Source: Myxococcota bacterium | Lineage (GTDB): Bacteria > Myxococcota > JACRCW01 | Assembly: GCA_040752415.1 (NCBI GenBank) | Contig: JBFMGU010000122.1 | Location: 1-31,468, forward strand | Direction: 5' to 3' | Length of the DNA stretch: 31,468 nucleotides | Shown: positions 1 through 7,710 of the stretch, in pieces | Position numbering within the stretch: the first letter of the stretch is position 1 | Layout of the letters: every line of letters begins with the position of its first letter | Notes under the pieces: model-generated | What the model was told of the DNA's origin: nothing | The model's input: only the letters and a program-made list of their open reading frames with translations | Database searches by the model: none | Made by a program: the position numbers and the translations under genes

Positions 1-576
1 TCCAGCCAAACATGCGGCGAATCGGCAGGGCGGACGTCACCTCCCTATGATGCCTGCGAAACGCGCCTCGCCGCCCAGAAATGAGCAGGACGTACCCGTT
101 TCTGATGCCTGCCAATCTCATTGGCGGAGCCAAGAGCGTCGTCCCAATTGAGCCGCACCCAACACATTCCGCAGACCACCTCCCTACCGCCACCCAGGTA
201 GAGCCCTGCCGACGATGACGTCGTGAAAGTGGTCCACGAGGGCAGGGCTTGGTGAATTTCCAGGTGCAGCCTCGGCTGCCGGCGATACCGACGGTCGCCT
301 GATCCGCATCACGTGGGACGGAAGATTGGTACTGGGGAAGGGGGCGAGTGGACGCAGTGCCACAAGCTTGGGGGGATTGGTGTTCGCCCGCCTCGCCGAC
401 ATGTACACGCTGTTCTCACGCAGCCCCGTTCTCACGCTTCCCCCTCGCGCCCGCACCGACGGGTGGCGCGGTCACGGTCACGGCCGCGTGCTTTGCGTTG
501 GTCCTCCAAAAGGGTATCAGGGCTTTCCGCCGCGTGTTCTCGGGGTTCGACTCCTCGGCGCGGTCATGAGGAAAAC

Positions 577-3291
577 ATGCTCAAGCCGGTTGACATCACC
601 AGCCTTCTCCATCGCGTGGAAAAGCCCGCGCGCTACCTGGGAGGTGAAGCCAATTCCTCCCGCAAGGACCCGCTCGCGGCGGAGGTCCGTTTCGCCCTGT
701 GCTTCCCGGACGTCTACGAGATTGCCGAGAGCCACATTGGCATCAAGATCCTCTACCACCTGCTCAACTCCCGCCCGGACACCGCCTGTGAACGCATCCA
801 CGCGCCGTGGACGGACATGAGCAACGCCATGAAGGAGCAGGGCATCCCGCTGTTCTCGCTGGAGAGTCACCTGCCCGCGCGCGCGTTCGACGTGCTGGGC
901 TTCACGCTGCAGTACGAGCTTGGCTTCACCACCGTGCTCCACATGCTGGAGCTTGCCGGGATTCCGCCGCTGGCGCGTGACCGTGGCCCCGACGATCCCC
1001 TCGTGATTGCCGGTGGACCGGTGGTCTACAACGTGGAGCCGCTGGCGGACTTCCTGGACGGTGTGCTGCTGGGTGACGGCGAGGAGGCCGTCCACGAGGT
1101 GGTGGAAGCGGTCAAGCGTACGCGCGGCAAGAGCCGGGAGGAGAAGTGGGACGCGCTGGACCGCATTGAGGGCATGTACGTGCCGGCGCACTGGAGCGTG
1201 GAGTACCACGACGACGGGCGCATCAAGTCCGTCACGCACCTCAAGGACCCCGCGCGCAAGTCGACGAAGAAGCGCGTCCTCAATGACCTCTCCAAGGTCG
1301 ACTACCCCACGAAGTTCATCGTCCCGCACCTGCAGGTGGTGCATGACCGGGTGGCCGTCGAGATCCAGCGCGGCTGCACGCAGGGCTGCCGGTTCTGCCA
1401 GGCGGGCTACATCTACCGTCCCACCCGCCAGCGCGACCCGCAGCAGGTGCTCAAGATCGCCGAGGCGGCGGTGCGGGAGACGGGCATGGAGGAGTGGGGC
1501 GTGCTCAGCCTCTCCGCCGGGGACTACGCCTGCCTCAGCGGCATCCTCGGCGACATGGTGGACAAGTTCGCCCCGCAGCGCGTGAGTACCGGGCTCCCGT
1601 CCATGCGGACCGAGACGTTGACCAAGGAGCTGGTCGACGTGGCGGGGCGCATCCGCAAGACCGGCTTCACGCTGGCGCCGGAAGCGGCCACCGACCGCAT
1701 GCGCAAGGTCATCTCCAAGAACAACGTGGAGAAGGACCTGGTGCAGGCCGCCGACAACGCGTTCGCCGCGGGCTGGGACCAGATCAAGCTGTACTTCATG
1801 ATCGGCCTGCCCACCGAGACCGACGTCGACACGCTGGCCATCATTGACCTGGCGCGGCGCATGACCGAGCGCGGACGGCGGCTCAATTCCAACGCGCAGG
1901 TCACGGTGAGTGTGAGCTCGTTCGTCCCCAAGAGCCACACCACGTTCCAGTGGGCCGGTCAGATTGGTGAGGAGGAGATCCTCCGCAAGCAGACCCTGCT
2001 GCGCGACGCGCTCCGCAAGGTGCGCATCCCGTTCAAGTACCACGACGCTGGCGCGTCCATCATGGAAGGCGTGCTGAGCCGCGGAGACCGTCGACTGGGG
2101 CGCATGCTGCTGGAGCTGCACAAGCGTGGTGCGCGGTTTGATTCCTGGACGGAGCACTTCAGCCTGAAGCAGTGGCGGGAGTGCCTGGCCGCGGTGGGCC
2201 TGAGCGAGGCGTTCTACCTGCGGGAGCGTGGCCTCGACGAGATCCTGCCGTGGGACCACATCGACAGTCGCATCATGAAGAAGTACCTGGCGCGCGACTG
2301 GAAGAAGGCGCTGGAAGCCGCCGACGTCACCGACTGCGTCACCGACCGCTGCCACGCGTGCGGCGTGTGCGACTTCGAGACCATTGACCTGGTGACCTAC
2401 CAGCGCGTCATGGACGACGACGGACACAAGGTCCCGGTGCGCATGGAAGGCCCGGCGCGCCACCCGCGCAACAAGAACCTGCCCATCCTGCCGCTGGCCA
2501 GCCGTGAAGCCCCGGTCCTCTCCGACGACGAGATCAAGGACCTGGGCCAGCGCACGCGTCCCGCGCCCACCGGCCCCGGCGCCGACGTCACCGCGGCGAA
2601 GATCCGCATCCGCTACACCAAGCAGCATCCCAGCGTGTTCCTCAGCCACCTGGAGACGATGGTGGGCTGGCTGCGCGCGCTCCGTCGGGCGGAAGTGCCG
2701 GTGGCGTACAGCGGCGGGTTCCATCCCAAGCCCAAGGTCAGCATGTCTCCCGCGTGTCCCACGGGGACCAGCTCCCGCGCGGAGTTCATGGACGTGGAGC
2801 TGCGCACCCCGGTGGACGCGGGCGCGCTCAAGGCCGCGTTCCAGCGACACCTGCCCAAGGGCGTGGAGGTGCTGGATGTCGTCGAGCTGGCCAAGGATGC
2901 GCCGCCGGTGCAGTCGCACATTGACGCCATGAAGTACGAGGTGCAGCTGCTGGAGGCCATGGGCGTCGACGTCGACACGCGGCTGGAAGGTGCGCTGGCG
3001 CGGTGGAGCTCGGGGGAGGGCGGCAAGATCATGCGTCCGTCGAAGGATGGGCCGCCCAAGCCGGTGGACCTGCGTGCCAGCGTCGAGAGTGTGCTGCGCG
3101 TGGGGCCCGCGGCGGCGGCGTTCACCATCCGTACCGTCGAGGGAAAGGCGGCGCGGCCTTCCGAGGTGCTGCGCGGCATCCTGGGTCTGACCGACTCCGA
3201 GCTGGAACGCGCGCGCATCGAGAAGGTGGACGTGCGGTTCAAGGACGTCGTCGGGACCGCGGGGACCCGTCCCGCGGCAGCGGGCGTCTGA
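577..3291 (+). CDS. B12-binding radical SAM protein (TIGR03960-like) fused to C-terminal radical SAM-linked domain (TIGR03936/DUF2344-like)
   Basis: ATG 577 follows GAGGAAAAC. N-terminus VEKPARYLGGE..FPDVYEI; CxxxCxxC motif (CTQGCRFC) at ~1375; KLYFMIGLP; second Cys cluster DC...CHACGVC; C-terminal RIRYTK...FLSHLE...AYSGGFHPKPKVS. Confidence 0.9.
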   Translation: MLKPVDITSLLHRVEKPARYLGGEANSSRKDPLAAEVRFALCFPDVYEIAESHIGIKILYHLLNSRPDTACERIHAPWTDMSNAMKEQGIPLFSLESHLPARAFDVLGFTLQYELGFTTVLHMLELAGIPPLARDRGPDDPLVIAGGPVVYNVEPLADFLDGVLLGDGEEAVHEVVEAVKRTRGKSREEKWDALDRIEGMYVPAHWSVEYHDDGRIKSVTHLKDPARKSTKKRVLNDLSKVDYPTKFIVPHLQVVHDRVAVEIQRGCTQGCRFCQAGYIYRPTRQRDPQQVLKIAEAAVRETGMEEWGVLSLSAGDYACLSGILGDMVDKFAPQRVSTGLPSMRTETLTKELVDVAGRIRKTGFTLAPEAATDRMRKVISKNNVEKDLVQAADNAFAAGWDQIKLYFMIGLPTETDVDTLAIIDLARRMTERGRRLNSNAQVTVSVSSFVPKSHTTFQWAGQIGEEEILRKQTLLRDALRKVRIPFKYHDAGASIMEGVLSRGDRRLGRMLLELHKRGARFDSWTEHFSLKQWRECLAAVGLSEAFYLRERGLDEILPWDHIDSRIMKKYLARDWKKALEAADVTDCVTDRCHACGVCDFETIDLVTYQRVMDDDGHKVPVRMEGPARHPRNKNLPILPLASREAPVLSDDEIKDLGQRTRPAPTGPGADVTAAKIRIRYTKQHPSVFLSHLETMVGWLRALRRAEVPVAYSGGFHPKPKVSMSPACPTGTSSRAEFMDVELRTPVDAGALKAAFQRHLPKGVEVLDVVELAKDAPPVQSHIDAMKYEVQLLEAMGVDVDTRLEGALARWSSGEGGKIMRPSKDGPPKPVDLRASVESVLRVGPAAAAFTIRTVEGKAARPSEVLRGILGLTDSELERARIEKVDVRFKDVVGTAGTRPAAAGV

Positions 3292-3687
3292 CGCAAGGTT
3301 GGGGTGGCGCGAACGTTCGCTGGAGCTGGCGCCTGTGCTGGTCTCCGCTTGTTCGTGTCGCGCCCACCGCTGACGTGAAGGCCCGCGCTGGAATTGCGCG
3401 CACCCCGGGCTGGACGGGCACAAGCCTGTGATTCCACGTCGTCAGTGAACTGGACTCACCACGCGGGTGAGTGACACGAGCATCCCTTCGCACGCTGGCG
3501 AACGTCACCGTGGTTGACTGACGAACCAGCGGCTTGGCGCGTCTGCCTTTCACCGGCGCCAACGGTGGTGGGCCTTGCCCCTCCCCGCGCTGTCTGGTCT
3601 GCTACCGCGCGTTCGTTGGGACCCTCCCAGCGAGTGCTGTTTGAGTTGAGACCTGGCCGGCCAACCGGCGATCCACGAGGAATGCCC

Positions 3688-6600
3688 ATGTCACGAAGAG
3701 CCCATTTGTCCAGCCTGCTCCTCATCCTGGGGCTGGCCGCGTGTCCAACGACAACCTCCACGTCGGAAGACGACGCTGGCCCCGGCGGAAGCACCTCCTC
3801 CACGTCGTCGGGGTCCACCAGCTCTTCCAGCAGCTCGTCGTCCGGAATCATCACGGAGTCCAGCTCCACCTCCGGATCTTCCAGCGGAACCTCCGGCACC
3901 TCGAGCTCGTCGGGCGCCTCTTCCACTTCCAGCGCTTCTTCGTCGGGAAGTGGTTCGGGCACGTCCTCGGGAACGGCGTCGGGTTCCTCCAGCGGGACGG
4001 CCACCAGCAGCGGCGGCGGCTCCACGTCGTCGAGCAATGGCGGCACGTCGTCCAGCAGCGGTGATGTGACCTCGTCCAGCAATGGCGGCACGTCGTCCAG
4101 CAGCGGTGATGTGACCTCGTCGAGCAATGGCGGCACGTCGTCCAGCAGCGGTGATGTGACCTCGTCAAGCAACGGCGGCACGTCGTCGAGCAGCAACGGT
4201 GGCGTTTCGTCGTCGAGCAACGGCGGTACGTCGTCGTCGTCCTCCTCTTCTTCTTCTTCTTCTTCTTCTTCTTCCTCGTCGTCCTCGTCGTCCTCGTCCT
4301 CGTCGTCCTCGTCGTCGTCCTCGTCGTCCTCGTCGTCCTCGTCGAGCGGCGGAGGCAGCGACTGCGGCAATGGCAACATCGATGCGGGTGAGGAGTGCGA
4401 CGGCGCCAACATTGGCAGCGCGCTCTGCTCCGACGGGACGACACAGCCCACCTGCTCCACCACCTGCACCTTGGATTACTCGGGGTGCCCCGACACCACC
4501 GGCATGCTGTGCGACACGCCCGACGACGTGACCGGCGCGACGTTCCCCTATCAGCTCGTGGGCACGTTTGATGACGACCCGGCTGACGGCTTCAGCTGCG
4601 CCACCGCACCCACCAACGTGGTCTGGTTCGAGTACACCGCCGGCGTCACGGGTGATCACGCCATCTACGCGCTCAACAACACCACCACGTCAGCGTGGTC
4701 GCGCCTTGCGGTGATCGAAGGGGTTTCATGTTTGTCGTATGGCGCGGAGTTGGCGTGCGTCACCAACGAAGAGCTCTTCGCCTCCGCCACTGTTACGCTC
4801 ACGGCGGGCTCGACGTACCTGATTGCCTTCTTCACCGACGAAGACCAATACACCATGGTGGATCCCGCCGTCTGGATTACGACTCCGGGACCCTGTGGCG
4901 ACGGCAACATCAACACCGGCGAAGAGTGCGACGGCGCTGACGTTGGCGGCGCGCTCTGCTCCGACGGAACCACGCCGCCCCGCTGCACTGCCTGCACCCT
5001 GGATTACTCGACCTGCCCTGTCCCCGCCGGCACGGTGTGCACTGCGGCTGACGATGTCACCGGTGCCACCTTCCCGTACGCCCTCAGCGGAACCTTTGAT
5101 GACGACCCGGCCGTCGGCTTCAGCTGCGACAACTCGGCCACGAACGTGGCGTGGTTCGAGTACACCGCGTCGGTTTCCGGTCCGCACGATATTTCCGCCA
5201 CGAACGCCACTGGGGACCTCGCGTACTCACGACTTGCCGTGGTGGACGGGAACTCGTGCACTGCCTACGGCACGGAGTTGGCGTGCGTGACCAACGACGC
5301 CAGGACGGCTGCCGCCATCGTCGCGTTCACCGCGGGATCAACGTACCTGATCGCGTTCTACACAGACGGGGATACGTACAGCATGGTGGACCCGACGATC
5401 TCGATCACGCTGAACACCACCTGCGGCAATGGGACCGTCGACGCGGGTGAGGAGTGCGACGGCACGAACATTGGCAGCGCGCTGTGTTCGGATGGGACCA
5501 CGCTGCCGGCGTGCACCCCGACCTGCGCACTCGACTATTCGGGATGTCCGGTGCCGCCCGGCAGCGTCTGCACCACCGCGCAGGACCTCAGCGGCGCAAC
5601 GTTCCCATACACGTTGGCGGGCACGTTTGACGACGATCCCGAGACGGGCTTCAGCTGCGCTCCCGCCACCAACGTGGTGTGGTTCACGTACACGGCGGCG
5701 GTTTCGGGCGACCACGTCATCGACGCGGTGAACACCGACACGTTGGCGTACTCACGCCTGGCAGTGCTGGAAGGTGCTTCGTGCTCGCCGTACGGCGCCG
5801 AGGTGGCGTGCGTGACGAACGAGGGCGTTGACGTCACCGCGACCGTGACGCTGACGGCGGGCGCCACGTACCTCATCGCGTTCTACACCGACGGGAACGC
5901 CTTCACGATGGTGGACCCGACGATCTCGATCGCCGCTCCCGGCGTCTGTGGCGACGGCAACATCGACGCGGGGGAGGAGTGTGATGGCACCAACGTGGGT
6001 GGCGCGCTCTGCTCCGATGGGACCACGCCGCCGAGCTGCACCGCCTGCACGCTGGACTACTCGGGGTGCCCCATCCTCCCCGGTGAGATGTGCACCAACC
6101 CCGACGACATCACCGCCGCAACGTTCCCGTACACGCGCACAGGGACCTTCGGTGATGATCCGACGGCGGGCTTCAGCTGCGGCGGGCAGCCTACCAACGT
6201 GGTCTGGTTCACGTACTCGCCAGCGACGTCCGGCCCGTACACCATTGACGCAGCCAACGGCACCGCCACCAACGCGTGGTCGCGCCTGGCGGTGCTGGGG
6301 GGCACGGCGTGCTCACCCTACGGGACGGAGCAGGCCTGCGTGACCAACGAGGCGCGCACCGCCTCGGCCACGCTCTGGCTCACCGCTGGCTCAACCTACC
6401 TGATCGCGTTCTTCACCGACGAGGACCAGTACACGATGGTGAATCCGACCATCACGGTCACCCTGAACCCCTACTGCGGCGACGGCAACATCGACCCGGA
6501 TGAGGAGTGCGACGACGGCAACCCGAACGACGGAGACGGCTGCCAGGTTGGTTGTACGTTCACGTGTTTCAGCGGCCAGGGTCCTGAGCGCGTGGCGGTC

Positions 6601-7617
6601 AACAGCACCAGTGGCCAGTGCTACGGCGCGTTTGATGGCGTGCAGATGACGTTCGCGGACGCGGAGCTGTTCTGCGAGTCCGCGGGTGGCTACCTGACGA
6701 CGATCACCAGCGCGGAGGAGCAGGCCACGGTGCAGAGCCTGGTTGCCGCGGGACACAACCCGTGGATCGGCGCATTGGACGACGCCAATGATTTCGACGG
6801 GGTGTTCGCGTGGGTCACCGGCGAGGCGTGGGGTTACACCAACTTCCAAGCGGGTCAGCCAGATGACGACGTGGGATTCGGCGGCAACGGCGAGGCCCTG
6901 CACCTCGTGGATTCCAGCGGTTTCTGGAACGACACGAACCCGGGCATCAACACGTTCGTCACCGGCGTCATTTGTGAGCAGGCCCGCTGCGGCAACGGAC
7001 TGAGGGAGCTGACCGAGGCCTGCGACGACGGGAACGGCATCAACGGCGATGGGTGCTCCAATGTGTGCGAGGTGGAAGCTCCTGGCCGCCTGGTCATCAA
7101 CGAGGTGGACTACGACCAGGCCGGTACCGACGCGATGTCCTTCATTGAGTTGCTGAATGTCGGGCCGGGGCCGGTGGACCTGACCAATCTCGCTGTCGTG
7201 TTGATCAACGGCAACGGCAATGCCCAGTACGCCCGGTTCGCGCTCGGCGCTCTGGGGTCGGTGCCCGGCGGTGGCATGGTGGTCATCCGCAACTCGACGG
7301 TGTCCCTGCCGGCAGGGGTGTCCTTCATCGACGTCACGGGTGACTTCATCCAGAACGGCCCGCCGGACGGCCTCGCGCTGGTGGATGACAGCACCCAGAC
7401 CGTGCTGGACGCGCTGTCCTATGAGGGGTCCATCACCGCGGCGACCATCAGCGGGTATCCCGGGACCTACTCGCTCGTGGAAGGGAATGCGTTCACAGGC
7501 GCGGACACCAACGACAACCTCAATGCGCTCGCTCGGTTCCCCAACGGCACCGATAACAACGATGCCGCGACGGATTTCGCACTCCGGTCTCCGACCCCGG
7601 GTTTGCCCAACGAGTGA
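3688..7617 (+). CDS. Large surface lipoprotein: Ser/Thr/Gly linker, 4x (myxococcal Cys-rich repeat + beta-sandwich), C-type lectin domain, lamin-tail-like domain
   Basis: GAGG RBS before ATG 3688; lipobox LAAC; CG(N/D)G..D.GEECD repeats; lectin motifs WIG, QPD, WND; C-terminal LVINEVDYD...FIELLN...PTPG typical of lamin-tail domains. Confidence 0.85.
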   Translation: MSRRAHLSSLLLILGLAACPTTTSTSEDDAGPGGSTSSTSSGSTSSSSSSSSGIITESSSTSGSSSGTSGTSSSSGASSTSSASSSGSGSGTSSGTASGSSSGTATSSGGGSTSSSNGGTSSSSGDVTSSSNGGTSSSSGDVTSSSNGGTSSSSGDVTSSSNGGTSSSSNGGVSSSSNGGTSSSSSSSSSSSSSSSSSSSSSSSSSSSSSSSSSSSSSSSGGGSDCGNGNIDAGEECDGANIGSALCSDGTTQPTCSTTCTLDYSGCPDTTGMLCDTPDDVTGATFPYQLVGTFDDDPADGFSCATAPTNVVWFEYTAGVTGDHAIYALNNTTTSAWSRLAVIEGVSCLSYGAELACVTNEELFASATVTLTAGSTYLIAFFTDEDQYTMVDPAVWITTPGPCGDGNINTGEECDGADVGGALCSDGTTPPRCTACTLDYSTCPVPAGTVCTAADDVTGATFPYALSGTFDDDPAVGFSCDNSATNVAWFEYTASVSGPHDISATNATGDLAYSRLAVVDGNSCTAYGTELACVTNDARTAAAIVAFTAGSTYLIAFYTDGDTYSMVDPTISITLNTTCGNGTVDAGEECDGTNIGSALCSDGTTLPACTPTCALDYSGCPVPPGSVCTTAQDLSGATFPYTLAGTFDDDPETGFSCAPATNVVWFTYTAAVSGDHVIDAVNTDTLAYSRLAVLEGASCSPYGAEVACVTNEGVDVTATVTLTAGATYLIAFYTDGNAFTMVDPTISIAAPGVCGDGNIDAGEECDGTNVGGALCSDGTTPPSCTACTLDYSGCPILPGEMCTNPDDITAATFPYTRTGTFGDDPTAGFSCGGQPTNVVWFTYSPATSGPYTIDAANGTATNAWSRLAVLGGTACSPYGTEQACVTNEARTASATLWLTAGSTYLIAFFTDEDQYTMVNPTITVTLNPYCGDGNIDPDEECDDGNPNDGDGCQVGCTFTCFSGQGPERVAVNSTSGQCYGAFDGVQMTFADAELFCESAGGYLTTITSAEEQATVQSLVAAGHNPWIGALDDANDFDGVFAWVTGEAWGYTNFQAGQPDDDVGFGGNGEALHLVDSSGFWNDTNPGINTFVTGVICEQARCGNGLRELTEACDDGNGINGDGCSNVCEVEAPGRLVINEVDYDQAGTDAMSFIELLNVGPGPVDLTNLAVVLINGNGNAQYARFALGALGSVPGGGMVVIRNSTVSLPAGVSFIDVTGDFIQNGPPDGLALVDDSTQTVLDALSYEGSITAATISGYPGTYSLVEGNAFTGADTNDNLNALARFPNGTDNNDAATDFALRSPTPGLPNE
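4024..4194 (+). repeat. 45-bp tandem repeat (3 full copies plus a partial) encoding TSSSNGGTSSSSGDV
   Basis: Near-identical units start at 4024, 4069, 4114 and 4159. Confidence 0.9.
4231..4347 (+). repeat. Poly-serine tract (39 codons) including a (TCT)9 microsatellite at 4246-4272
   Basis: Uninterrupted Ser codons (TCG/TCC/TCT, final AGC) read directly from the sequence. Confidence 0.9.
4363..6474 (+). repeat. Four ~528-bp intragenic domain repeats
   Basis: Units begin at CG(N/D)G codons 4363, 4894, 5422 and 5947 (next motif 6475). Shared motifs: ATFPY, GTFDDDP, GFSC, TNVVWF, SRLAV, ACVTN, AGSTYLIAF. Confidence 0.9.
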
Positions 7618-7638
7618 CAAGAAGTCGCGGGTGAGGTG

Positions 7639-7696
7639 ACCCTGGCGGGTGCGACCTTTGCAGTCCCGTTGCGCAGGAAGCGCACGCCGCCAGGGT
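7639..7696. terminator. Long inverted repeat between convergent genes (probable terminator or RNA-stabilising hairpin)
   Basis: ACCCTGGCGGGTGCG (7639-7653) pairs with CGCACGCCGCCAGGGT (7681-7696) with one bulge; no strong U-tract. Confidence 0.5.
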
Positions 7697-7710
7697 TGCC
7701 TGCGGTTTTC

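Noticed and set aside
483..566. Functional tRNA gene
   Set aside because: Lacks U8, U33, a clean anticodon stem and CCA; kept only as a tRNA-like finding.
313..576. N-terminal extensions given in the ORF track (also 3514, 10297, 15519, 16448, 17885, 20870, 26152, 29665)
   Set aside because: Downstream starts have better RBS, signal peptides or family-typical N-termini.
517..3423. 968-aa antisense ORF, and similar long antisense ORFs (6391-7620, 13783-14901, 28322-29680, 29734-31413)
   Set aside because: Shadow frames of real GC3-biased genes; no recognisable motifs.
4024..4194. CRISPR-like array
   Set aside because: In-frame coding tandem repeats with no unique spacers and no cas genes.
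3456..4469. Highly acidic Asp/Glu-rich antisense ORF (also 18007-18504)
   Set aside because: Simply the reverse complement of poly-Ser codons.
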